The notes under the pieces are model-generated. The model was given only the letters and a program-made list of their open reading frames with translations. It was not told the DNA's origin and searched no databases. Shown here one piece after another: positions 1 through 12,600 of a stretch of DNA of 64,000 nt; the first letter of the stretch is position 1; each line of letters opens with the position of its first letter. Source of the stretch: Kondoa subrosea (taxonomy: Eukaryota); NCBI GenBank assembly GCA_039545335.1, contig BCIN01000007.1, positions 558,001-622,000 of the forward strand, written 5' to 3'. The translations under genes were made by a program, and so were the position numbers.

Positions 1-140
1 ATACGAGTACTACATCGAATTCAAAAAGAATCAGTAAACCTTCGAAACGCGCGAGGGAAGAGATGGAGGGAAATATGTGATGCTTATTCTAACGCTTGAT
101 ACCTTGCATTGTATAATAGCATTTTTATCTTGTCACGATA

Positions 141-148
141 TTACGTAA
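141..148. promoter_or_regulatory. TTACGTAA palindrome (bZIP/YRE-A-type site)
   Basis: About 70 bp upstream of ATG 220. The same element lies upstream of the paralog. Confidence 0.45.
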
Positions 149-219
149 TCACTTTCCTTCTGTTTTCAGAGCATAACTTCTCTTGATCCGCCGCTACCGA
201 TTGCAAAAGCTTGGACAGC

Positions 220-3200
220 ATGGCCCGAAGGACAACTCGTCTACAAGCCAAGGCTGAGGCCCTCTACAACGGCGATGGCTCAGAGTAGGCTTTCAGCTTC
301 AAATCTTCCCTTTTCCGCGCTGAATCTGTGTGCAAGATTGACTGACATTGAAGAAGTGGAAGCTGCTGTACCTGTTCATGATAGTGGTGCTCTGGACAGC
401 GATGTCGAAATGGACGCAGCAGTGACAAGCGAAGAGAGCTCTGGCGATGAATTCAATCAGCGAGATGCCAACAAGCGCAAGAAGAAGAAAGCTCTTGAAG
501 AGCTACACGCTGCCTATGATGAGCATAAAGCAGTAGCAAAAGTCAAACAAGAGTCTGAACAGATCGAAGAGCCTATCCTTTGGACGCTCGAGTCGCCTTT
601 TGAGTGAGTTCCAGTTATGCCATGGCAGGCCTGATCTAATGTCCTATCTAGTCATTTCTCTGATGAGGTATTCCTTCTGTGTTTGTGCCCGAAGCTGCGA
701 CTGACTGCGGTCTAGATTCTTGGGACAGTATTCTCGTTTCTTGGCCCATCACAAAGAAGGTATGTTCTTGCCTCCTTCCTGTAGAGCTCACTCATTTATG
801 TATTTCAGCTGCTCCAACTTTGCTCAAGTCTCTTCGCGCTTTCTCAAAGTTTCGCAAGATGATGCTGCTCGCGCTAGATGGCTCATGGAAAACCATGGAA
901 AGCGCAATGCTCTCTATATGGCTGTTGCTATCGGTCATATCTGCCGACCTGCTCTATTGGATCATCTTATCGACGTTCTCGGCGCACATGCCAGTCGATA
1001 TTGTCTGTTACTTTTTTCGTTTCCATATTCGAATCTAATCATTTATTTTGTTCCAGTCTTCCAACTCAGCTGTCTGGCATATACTCGAAAAGCTCCTCAA
1101 TGGATCGGCAGAAGTTACTGCCACCCTGAGACGATTCCCTTCAAGAATTGGTTGGCTCTGCTAAGAAAAGGCTGCAACCTGTATCCTGGAATGAGTCCTA
1201 CGCAAGGCAAGAACGATAGTGAGATTTTCATGGCTTGGTAAGTCTTTATTAGGGTACAGCTCACAACGCTAAATGGGGCTGGTAGGGTGGAATCTCATGG
1301 CACTACTGCCAAGATTGGTAAGAAAAAGAGGCGCAGACGCTGGCAAAATTACTTTGATGAGGACCGTGGATACTGGAATACGAGAAGACTTCCTGACGAT
1401 CCAAAGATCCTCACTTTCGGAACTGATAAGGAAGCGCTAGAAGTCAAAGATCGGCAGTACGAAATGATCAAGTCGCTTTTTGAAGAGTAAGCTTTTGCAC
1501 TCGGCGAAGACATTGCCCTGTTGATGCGACTGTTGCGTAGTTACAAGTTCCATGCGGTAGGAATCTTTTAGATAGGTTTTTATGGAAGTCGCTTACATTT
1601 TTCATGCAGTTCAATACCCGTGATCCAATTGATGAAGATACCTATGCCAAAGCGACGGCCATCAACCCAGATGTGTTGCAGTATATTCGCTTGACTGGTT
1701 TCAAACCGAGCAACTCTTTTGGACAAACAATGTTCTGCTATCTCTTCAATCACCCTGAGCTTTCCATCGAAGACAAACTCGGCGAAATCGAAGAAGTTTT
1801 TGAAACTCATCCGGACTTCAAGCCAACCTTGGCTTATTTTGCCAGTGTGGTCGGCAAGTTCCTCTAGATCTTTGTTGGCTGATCCTCATCCGTTTTCCAC
1901 CTATAGGCAATATCAGAGCTGTTGACGATGTAGAATGTTTCGCTGCATTGACCGACAGTGATATTTTTGAATTCGACCTGAAGTGAGTATTTCATGGACC
2001 TAGTATCTCGTCGCACAATATTTATATCGATCGACTCAGCGACGCCGTTACTCAATGGTTCAACAATCGAACAGGTGACCAAACGAATGTAAGTCCGAAT
2101 TAGATTTTGTTACCAATGAGCTGACTTGACGAAATACAGTACGACGGAAATGGCACTAAGGTTGCAAGATATCATCTCATGAGAACCTTTGCGTCACATC
2201 TACAAGATCTCAAACCCTTAGCTCAGCTATATTGTGCCACAATCGCTCTGTCACTCGTAGATACCACCAAGTTGAATACGCATAAATCTACCTTGAAGTC
2301 TAAAGCGAAACCAAAACCGAAGTCGAAAGCTGGGCGAGGTGGTATGTTTGAAAGCTTCACAAACAGTATGGAAGCTGCAAGGCAAGAGAGGGCAGAGAAG
2401 GCGATGGAGCTTGAAACTCTGGATATATCCGATGTGGTGGAAGTGCTCGAAGAACTGAAGGCAGGTTGTGTTTCTTCCTACTTCTGCTATTCAACTGATA
2501 TTGACCATCAGATCGAAATGTGTTGCGCTGATGCGGTGACTCTGCTGCTCAATTGTTCTCTGAAATTGCCCGTTGTGCTAGCATACATCAAAGAGGAGAG
2601 AGTAGACTGGAAAGAAGTTGTTGAGCTGGCTGCCTGTTCGCTCCTTTGGACTTCGAATCGCGTAAGCTGAGGCATTTCGTATTATCCCCGCAACGATAGC
2701 TGATCAATGCAGGGCAATGATCTGGATGTGCTCATCAAAGCTGTGCCAGCCGCCAAAGAAGCTGTTCGATTGGTACTTGTGAGCGAATTTTGTCTCGACC
2801 TGAAGAAGGTGGTGGAAGCCAGAAATGCCTGGTCAAATAACATTGGCATTACTGGTCCTTATACCGAGCGGAATAGCCATGCGCACTACAACAGGCCAGT
2901 CTATGTCAATGCGCCAAAGTATGAGCCAGATGAGAGAGTCATTCGCAAGTCATATTTCAGAATATCAGGCGAGACTATGCCACTCAAAGATGCAATTGAG
3001 GTGAGCTCAATTAGAAGCGGTCTGACTATGTGATGACTTACTTGCGATACAGCAAATTTTCGCCGACGATGCATTCATTCAGCAACAACTTCTTCTGCAC
3101 GCAATAATCACGGAACGGGAGCTTTTTGCGTGCAGAGATGCCCTTCGCAACAACAGCTTCGCCATCTCACTGGAGCTCTTTCAGCTTTTAGCTGCTGCCA

Positions 3201-3556
3201 ATGTCCCACCTCCCGATTATCTCTACGAGAAGACGCTTCAAGCCCCTTTCTTCAGAAGTCACGAAGAAGCAATCGATGCGCTCGAGCCAGGTAACCCAGA
3301 CGTATCGGAGCTCGAGATCGAGCATCTGGACAAATGGATCGACTCCTTTGAGATGCTCATGGGACAGAAGGTGGACTGGCTGAATGAAGCTCAAGTGTGG
3401 AATCCTCGTAGTCCTGAGGCAATAGAGCAAGAGGAGCCGTACAAGAACATTTTCATTCGCACTCTTGCCGTATGGAAGGCAGAAATGGAAGCAGCAAAAG
3501 AAAAGATTCTGGCTGTGTTAGAGAGAAGAGGAGAGGAGAACGAGGACGACGTTTGA
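220..3556 (+). CDS. Large multi-exon hypothetical protein with an N-terminal F-box-like region (paralog of 5904..9408)
   Basis: ATG at 220 (MARRTTRLQAK). Successive + strand ORFs are joined by GT-AG introns. HFSDEVFLL...FAQVSSRFLKVSQDDAARARWLM resembles an F-box followed by a helix. It shares the SPTQGKNDSEIFMAW...RRRRW block with the minus-strand paralog. Confidence 0.7.
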
Positions 3557-3599
3557 CTTGATTGCCTTCCGCTGTACTTGTAGCCATGTCATAATCAAC

Positions 3600-5119
3600 T
3601 TATGTACTATGGAAATACTGCGAGCCTATCTGTACAAACATCAATGTCCCGATAAGTAAGCCGCCAGGGACCCAATTGCTTCTAGACTCTTGCTGCATCT
3701 CCGTTGTTGTAATCTTGCCTTTTGGCAGTTGCGTTGTCCGTTGCTTTGAAGCTGGTTCCGCGATGTTGCTCGCTTGCAACATGGAAGGATGCGAGAGTTT
3801 CGCTTCAGCGCTCGAGAGCTCTGCATCGCTTATTCCGCCAAAGAAGTCAGTAATCAGGACGTCTGACAGCGGTCTTGAGGTAAAGAGGTCAGTTCGCACG
3901 CCAGGTGTTGAGCGAATACTATCAGGATCGAAAGTCGCGAACTACATTCGAGGACTTGGTTTAGAAACATAACACTGACCAATGTTCGATATGCTTACAA
4001 AGTCGATGAGCTTCGCTTGGGATGTCTTGTTGATATGTTCGAGATGGGTCATAGCAGCGTGAGTGAAGCGATCAATGACAGCAACGCCGATATCTTGATC
4101 AGCGTGATGCTGCACACGAGCATTAGATTGTTGCAAGGTTTGCTATCCCCAACTCACGGAATATGAGTTTTGTCCCTTCTCTGATGATCCAGTAGCTATG
4201 ATATTCGGAGAATAGAATTTGGAGAACATAGTGTTGGCTTGACAAGTATCGATCATGAAGAAGATCTCGTTGTATCTGATTACTTCGCCTCAGCTGATCA
4301 CTTGAAATTGATGTTAACAGCACGTACCGATGCTTTGTCCACATGGACTGGAAAGCATCTGCTATATCGAATGCAGAAATCTCTTCTGAATCCTGAAACT
4401 TGAGAAACTCATCGCCGCCATGTCCAGTCATGTAGACGAAAATATTTGAGCGTTCATCGGTATTGAGTCGTTTGGAGATGGGTAGATCAGACGAGACACG
4501 ATCTTTTCTATCATATCAGCATCTTTTGAGAGATTTGAGAAACAGACGGACCTGTAAGTAAGCGAATGAAGTTCTCGACCGAAACCTCTTCCCCTCTGTA
4601 ATCTACTTCGACTGCTTCGCCGTACAAGTCGATAGCCCGATTTGCATTGGCAAAGATGGTACCAGGGTACATGTTTCGCGGATTGCAGGCAGCATCATCC
4701 GCTAGCATGAGAATGATCTGTGAATCTGGAATACCTAAGCGTTTAACTGTTCGATACCTTCGGAAACGCATCAGACGTATTCGGCGTTGCTCTGAACAAC
4801 AAACATAGACATTGTATTGGCCATATGCTTAAGTAGAATTAGATGAGAATTGAGACAGAACGCAAGACAGCCGTACTCGATAGCTGAGAGAAGGGAAGAG
4901 TTCAGTGGGACATACAAATTGACGCGCAAACTACTCACTTAAACCAGTATCTGCGTTGATTAGCGAGAATTAGAATGATTCATCTTTTGGCCTGCGAACT
5001 GACCTTGAAGTGCAAACCAAGACAGCCCAGTTGTTGGTAGCTGTGGAGACACAGCATACAGCAGGTACGAAGGCTGCTATAACAGCCAATAGCTGAACAG
5101 GAAGTCTATGTAATCTCAT
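3600..5119 (-). CDS. GPI8: GPI-anchor transamidase catalytic subunit (peptidase C13)
   Basis: Signal peptide, [45 protein letters not shown] and DTCQA catalytic motifs, VIDRFT, and a C-terminal TM helix. Confidence 0.95.
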
Positions 5120-5470
5120 ACTTGGTTTGAGTGGGTTGTCGAATGTCAAGAAAGTCGTGACGCAACGCGAAATGTAATACACAGCTGATTCGTTTCATAC
5201 TGTACATTATCTACATTGCTTGCCAGTCCCTTCAATTCCCAGCAGCCAGAATACTCCTTGTGCAAGCTCGCGTCTTGCCCTTCAATCTGCCTCTGCGAGC
5301 AGGGGTTGAATGTCACTGCAGAGTTACAGTTCATGGTCGTGATGCGATCGAGATTGCGCAAGACCCCTTTATCGAGCGTCGAGTTCGGCCAGATCTGGCT
5401 AATGAGCCAATGCGACAATATTTCGTCTATCGATCTCCCATCTGTCGCCGCTCTGTTCTGAACGACGCAG

Positions 5471-5761
5471 CTACCATTTTCGGCCAACCTGTAGATTCGT
5501 TAGAAGGGAAAAGGGAACATATGACTGTTGAGACCGACAGCTTTCTGAACACACATCTTGAAAGCTGCGAATTCCTTCGCACACATGTCCTTCTCTACTT
5601 CTAAGTATCGTGCAGTGATACATTTGCCGTATGCAGCAGCCTACAGCGAAAGTGAGCCTGATAATCTCGTCAAACGAATCATCGAAATATCGCACTTGCT
5701 CTGGACACGATTTGATGCTGTCTGCCATCACGCGGATGGGTCTCTTTGTGATTGGCTTCAT
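5471..5761 (-). CDS. Small twin-CX9C mitochondrial protein (NDUFAF8-like)
   Basis: Three exons splice to MKPITKRPIRVMADSIKSC-PEQAAAYGK-CITARYLEVEKDMC-AKEFAAFKM-CVQKAVGRKW*, giving two exact CX9C motifs. Confidence 0.8.
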   Translation of the reverse strand: MKPITKRPIRVMADSIKSCPEQVRYFDDSFDEIIRLTFAVGCCIRQMYHCTILRSREGHVCEGIRSFQDVCSESCRSQQSYVPFSLLTNLQVGRKW

Positions 5762-5903
5762 TCACGCTATTGTTGTGATTCAGAGGAGCGCATCTGCTTC
5801 GAGTTGTGGTCGAATGAGGCTAACGTCGGCTGACTAACAACCGCAAAGCGAAAGTACCTTTGTATTGCTTGAGTCTACATCATATCTTGCAGAACCAATG
5901 CAA

Positions 5904-8900
5904 TCAATCCGAAAGCGGAAACTCGATCTCATCTTCATCGCTGTCCGCTAGAACTCTCCTCTTCTTCTTGGTCGTGACATCCGGTTTCGCATCTTCGGTC
6001 TCTGATTCAGGATCAGCTGCTTGACTGTGCCAACCTAAGCATCGAGAGCAATTTCCTTTGGTCCATGCCGCGTAACCGCATTCAGTGTCCTCTGGCCCGT
6101 TAATTTTGTCGAGCTTGATGTTCAAGGAAGCAATAATTTCACTCAAGCTCTGCCAGGCCAGATCAGTCAAGTCTTGTGACAAAGTATGATAACGTACGGC
6201 AGAGAAAACTGGAGATTGTCGTTCAGTCTTGAGTTCGTCTAGCAGCTGTTGCAAAGCTTCGATCCAAAGCTCGATGTTGCTGATACAATTCTCTTTTGAG
6301 CTTAGGTGTCCGTTGGTATCTCGCGCTTCATCCTTTTCCGCAGCTTCGTCTGACTCGAAGAACCTCAGTTGACCTTCTTTGGTCTTGTTGTCTATGGAAG
6401 AGGGGACAGCAAGATCGAGTGCTGCAGATAGCCTGAAGGTATCGATCTGAAAAGGATTAATGAGTAGTGCCCAGCGTAAACATAGGATTCAATGACGACG
6501 CACAGTGATTTTGGCCCCACGATATACACAACGGGTCACAATACTGCCGTTTTGCGTAGCTACCGCATGAGTGAATAGTAGGTGTTGCACAGCAGCATCA
6601 TCACAAACGCCCTACGTGGATCATCAATGAAGTAATCGTGTAGCAACTGCAGCACACACCAGCAATGCCATCGCAACGGACTCGTACTCATCGTAAACAG
6701 CACCAGTGTCGCCAGTTTCTGCAGCTCGAGCAATCTCTGGTGCCGCATAGTGTTCGCTTGGAGACTGATAAACGCCTTTAGAGAATTCACGTCCACTTCC
6801 ACCTGACAAGGGTCCGAAAGGGGTGACCAAGACGAAGTCGGGTTGATTTGCTTTGCGTCTGCGTAACTGATCGAGATCAAGAGTAAACTCGTTGAGGACA
6901 ACGTTGCAAATTTGTTCAATTGCGGTAGGTGCTACTCGTAAAATCTGACTGAATTCAGAACCCTATAACATTCTATAAGCCGTGTGCACAGGAGAATGAC
7001 ACTGAGGTTCAGACGTACTCTTGATGGCTGCCATAACATTTCCATTGCTACAGACTGGAACTTGAGAACGCCTGCATTCTCTTCGATTCCAGTTTTATTC
7101 AAGTAAGTAAAGACAGCAGGGAGAGAGATTGGTCTATCATAAATCAGATCGTGTTTGATTGAGCGGACTTGAAACACACTCATTGGCAATCAAGTCCAAA
7201 AGCATCTCATCGGTGACCTGTTGTCTCAATGTCCATTCACCCAAAGCTTTCACCACAGCACCAGCATCGACAGTACGTGCAACGTGTAGAGTATCCACTC
7301 GTGCAGATCCCAAAAGCCGAGAATAAGAAACCATGTCGATCAAGGTATCGCTGACTACATGCAATGTAAGCGTATATCTGGCCATCTACGATGTACTCAC
7401 TTTCATCTTCACTTTTGGCCAAGAAGAACAATACTTTCAAGGCAGTTATAGTATCAATAGCTTGACCACCTGTTCCTAAGGTCTGTACCATAGAGTATAT
7501 AAGACCAGCTTCCGAGTAGAATTGCTGCACATAGCAGAAATCAGACACAAGAAATGTCAATGATTGAACTAACTTACTGCACGGCTGGAATGCTCGGTTC
7601 TCTTTTTGACAGCATCAGCCACGGCACCGTACAAAGTGAAGTCAACGATAGAGGTAGCATTGAAGTCGGCGAGCAATTGAATGTGCTGATTAGTGAGCGT
7701 CTTGTCATCGTCTCTCAGAACCGCTCGATGAGTCAAGAGAGTATGGAAGAAATCTTCGGTAGGAGCCAATTCAGGACATAGACCGTAGATGTCTTGGAAC
7801 TGCTTCAACTTGTGTGAATTCCCACCTGACCCGAAGAAAATCTTGTTGAAGGCAGTCGCTCGAAAATGATCAGAGATGCAAAAGCCGGCTTCCAGTGCAA
7901 CAGTGAGGAAGTTCGGATTGACTGTATATATTTTGAGAGATGTCGTATGATCGAATGGACCTCAAGCTTACCTTTAGCTGCGGCCAAAAAGTCCTCGACA
8001 ATCGGATCGTTATCACTGAAAGGACAAAAGCGCTGCTCTTCAAATAGATTACGGACGACTGATCAACGAGTATCAGTTGCGCTCTGATAGGCAACCAATG
8101 ACACTCACCTTCAAATTCAGCCGATTTGGTTTGTTCTTCCTCCTCTTTCGAATCGAAAGCAACCACATCACCTTGGAATTGCATTCCCCAGCGCCTTCTA
8201 CGACGACTTTGACGTTGCGAATGAGCGTTGATTGCAGTTTTGGTACCTTCAGAGTGAATCCAAGCTCGCAGGATTTCGCTGTCATCTTTACCAGTACTTG
8301 GACTCAAAGTAGGAAAGAGTTCGACGCCTTTGGTTAAAGTGTCAATCCAGTTGGCAAAGGAGATTGTTTCGCTGCTGGCCCACTACGATTAGATGAAGTC
8401 AGCGAATGCCAAAGCATTTACAGTTTTGACGTACTCGCTTGGTTAACCAGCCTGGTGTCTATTGAAAGATCATTTCAGAACAGGAGAGACTCAGATGAAG
8501 CAAAGAAACCTTTTTGCTGTAAGCTAGAGTGGCCATTTGAAACAAATAACGAGAAGCAACAGCTCTTCCTCCATCGATGAGTGAATTCAGTGTATCCATA
8601 TTACAGATAGACCCTGATATCGTAATTCATCTATGAAATCGAAGTATAACAACTAAAGCTAAAACACGTACCAATTCTAATGCAATGAAACAAAGCATTG
8701 GCACGACTGTAGTGGTTCAACAGCCAATTGGCGCGAGCATAAGGCAAAGAAGCAATAGCATGAAAGCGTTTGCAAGTCTGATTGAAAGCCATAGTGCTTT
8801 TATTGCCAGGCTGAATATCAGCAAAGATTTGCATGAGTACCTAGCGAAACGTGTCAGTCTAGCTTCCACTCGAAATATTGAACACTTCACCTCATCGCCG

Positions 8901-9408
8901 AGAGCGTCAAAGGGCCTAGGATTAGTCCAGTTGATCTTGGGAACTCGTCGACCTCCAGCTCGAGATTTCTTTGCTTTAGCTTGTTTCTTGCGTTCTTCCT
9001 GAGAAACGGATGGATAAGTCAGTAGAGTAATCGAAAGATGGTATGAAAAGACTCACAGCGGAGTTGTACTCGCTCTCGCTACCTTGGACATAGTCATCGG
9101 TCTTCTGGTTCTTTTTGGCCGCAGCTTTACCAGTCTTTGCTCCTTTCTTACCAGTAGAAGTAGCAGTCTTGGTGTTCTTCTTTGGCTTGGGATTGATTAC
9201 CTCAGGCTCGTCTTCTTCGAATTGGTCATAGTCGGTCTCCTCTACGTTTGAGCTGTTCTGATCCACTTCTTCAAGCTCAGACAGATCAGTGAGGTCACTC
9301 TCGTTGCTATATAGCCTTGTGAGCGAAGATTCGACGAGGCGCGAGGCAGAAAACTCACGCAACAGCAATAATGCGTTTTGCCTCCAGTTTCTTGGTTCGT
9401 TGAGTCAT
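5904..9408 (-). CDS. Large multi-exon hypothetical protein with an F-box-like region (paralog of 220..3556)
   Basis: ATG at 9408 (MTQRTKKLEAK), then an acidic/basic N-terminus. LGDEVLMQIF...FNQTCKRFHAIASLPYARANWLL is F-box-like. SPSTGKDDSEILRAW...RRRRRW is shared with the paralog. Confidence 0.7.
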
Positions 9409-9516
9409 TGAGAGTAACAAGATCTATGAACGTCTGACTATCAATTCCTCGGTCCCAAAGTTCCAAGAGAGTTGGCGGTAGCGAAAAAGAATAATGTCAA
9501 AGCTCCTCGCCGAAGT

Positions 9517-9524
9517 TTACGTAA
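9517..9524. promoter_or_regulatory. TTACGTAA palindrome (bZIP/YRE-A-type site)
   Basis: About 110 bp upstream of ATG 9408, inside the 12-bp palindrome GTTTACGTAAAC with further ACGT cores nearby. Confidence 0.45.
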
Positions 9525-9680
9525 ACACGTAAAGTCACGTCCAACTCGACGACGCGTTGCAAAGCCATTTTGTACAGTTCTGTTCTAGTTACTGCTACTA
9601 GACTATGTATAATATGGAGGTATTGTGCAGAGAGGATATTACCCAGATTATAGCTTTGAACAATAGTAAATTCGATCAGA

Positions 9681-12600
9681 TCACCCTGTGAAACCCATCA
9701 GCATGACACGAGGAGAACAGAAAAAGAGACTGACAGAAAGCACACCAACCACTAAAAGAAGATCGATCAGATTCCATTCATGAATGGGGGGAAGTGATCA
9801 CATACAGGAAGGCCGTAGCAAAGTATTCAATATTAGTAGCTGCGCGCATTAACCAATTAGCAGCATTCAGTCATCACTTTGGTCGGACCCACCCTGCAAA
9901 ATGAGTTTGTCGACCTGTTCTGGAACGGTCAGAACCACATCAGGCTTGAAATCTCTTCCAGTCAGCTTTTGCACGACTCGATCAACCACTTCAAGAGCCT
10001 TCTGACTGAGTTTCTCATTCGCTTCCTCTGCATATAATATTCAGCTTAACAACAATCAAAGAAGAGAAAGGAGCTGACCATCAAATTGATTGCTCTCGTC
10101 AGCTCTAGGTCGGCGTTGATAGTGATCGCCGGGCTCTTCACCGGTAGTTCGAGCAGCTTCTCGATGACCGGGTCTCGTTTGAGTTTCAATCGTCTTGCCC
10201 CCTGATTGGAGCACATTAGTAGGCTTCTCCACTGAAAGAGCTGGGCAAAAGTACCAGCAACCAATCTCCAGCTATACGATCTCATTAGCACAGATCTAAG
10301 CAGTGAAAAGTAGCAGCTTACTTGATAAGAGGATCTCGAGAGAAGGCTTCCAACACTGCTATTACAGATTCCTTGTTCTCCCGCAAGACTCGCATAGCTG
10401 AGAAGAACAGTTCAAATGGTACAAGCTAAGGGTGCCGAGAATGACTCACTGTGCTCGCAAGTCTGAAAAGAGGTATAAGCTGCGGTCACAGGGGAACGTG
10501 ACAAGGCAAACTCACTACTCTGAATGTACCCTCGATTCGACTGACTTCCATAGCGTTTTGCAGCATTCGGGTTAGACGGAAAGGAACCTTTTCAGGATAT
10601 TTCTCTCGGACCATAGCAACTTCAAAGCAATCACCGAAATCAACATGAATGACCATGCCATTATCCCGACTGAGAATCAAATTTGAAGGGTGTCGATCGC
10701 CTAAACCTAGAATATGGCCGACCATTGACATGACTGCCAAAGAACGAGTGTAATTTGTCCGTCTATCCAACCAAGCCTCGGATGCTTTGCTCTTCAACCA
10801 AAGAATGCGGTAAAGATCTTGACCCATGGTATTGTCCAGAGCATATTGGAAGACTTCGACTTTCTGCATCAAGGTCAAGTGCTCGTAAGTGTTTGAAAGA
10901 GGCGGTGGAGGGGACATCTAAGTAGACAAGATCGTGAGCTGGAAGTTCAGTCTGGTCAAAGATAATTCACCTGAGACATGAGTCTGTGCTCAAGATTGAG
11001 GTAGATCTTGTGGCTATCACGATACTCCTTGATCAGGTGATGCATGGTATCGGTATTCGAAAGCTATTCCGATGCCTTAGCGTAGTATTCCAAATCGCAC
11101 TATTGACTTACCCAGCTAAGAAGACCTGACTGCGGACTTAGAGGGATTGCAGGATAGGTTTGGGCAATAAGATGACGCTTGAAAGTTTCTGGGTCTTTAG
11201 CAAGCAGTGTGTTGACCAAGCCTAGCAACTGCATAACTCGTTCGTCTTGACGCAAGTCTTCGTGACCTTTGAGCAAGAAGATGTGGTCAAGACCATCGCT
11301 TCCTCGTACTTTGAGTTTTCGAGGACGTTGCTTGGAGGACATCACTTCGAAATCAGGGTTGAACTCGACAATATGATTGACAGGTTTGCCAATTCGATAT
11401 GTACCAGGTACAGCCAATTGAAGATTTTTAGCAGCAAGTAATTTGGGCGAGCACATCTTCAATTCTACTTGATGCATGTTTGCCAGACTCTTCGAGATCT
11501 TCTTGAAAATATCGTAGTACAGGTCCCAGGCTTGATTCAGATCGCTCTGTTCGCCGTATTGTCTGTATCTTTGACAGTAGGCACGAGCATCTTCCAGATG
11601 TCCGCCGTAAGTGTTGGTGAACGAGATTTCGCGCAGAGTTTCGGGTCCCTACAATCAAAAGAATGAAAATACAGATGTCGCCTTACCATATCAGTACCTA
11701 CATTGTCCATCATGGCATGCATTGGATCGAGTATTTCAAGCATTCCTGCGACATTCTGTTCATTGTAGTACTGCCTTGACGCTTCTTCGAGACACTCGTG
11801 CCATAGCTCGTGCCACAAGATCGCAACACGATTTAGCTCAGATCCAACGAGAACAGCCTGGTGACCGCGAGTGAGCTCAATCGTAATTGAAAGTACGCAA
11901 ACCTACCTGCTCGACCAAGGTCGGACTGTGTTCGCGCATCTTGTCCAGGATCGAAAGTGCAGCCCTCCTACGAGGAGCGCTTGGATATTTCGATGCTACA
12001 GTCAAGGCAAAGACCAGAGCTTGCGGATGAGCTCGACCAATGTCAGCAAGCATTTGCTGGACCAAGCGTCGCACATTTGTAGCCGGTGCATACAGACGAG
12101 CGATGAGCTACAGAGAAGATTCGAGTTAAAATTTGGTGAAGATCAGTTTCGACGCACCTGAGGAATGACTTCGAGCCAAGTATCGATGCTGACACTGCCG
12201 AGACCCTCTTGCATGGCCGTACTCACTGCGCTTTGATGACCGTAGTTGAACCAAAGGGTGAGTAAACGCAAGGTGTCTTGGAGCGATTTGCCCGGCGACA
12301 ATGCAATTGAGCGGAAAAAGCCTGTATAAGCTAATTAGCTGTGTAAACTACAACGGCAGCAGAACACGTACCTCGAGCAGCTGGAACCAAGAAGTCAGTG
12401 TACATAGAAGGCGGTAATGGCTCGGTATCGCTTTCCGGACGATTCTTCATGTAGTGCGAAACGACTTCGGTATTGGCCAAAGCCCAAGCGTGCCAGGCTT
12501 TGTACCATTTGGGATCTAATACAGTAGCATAGTGATACGACTGTAAAGCATCGGAAACAATATCCTGCCGCAAGTAGACTTGAGCTGGATCAACCCATGT

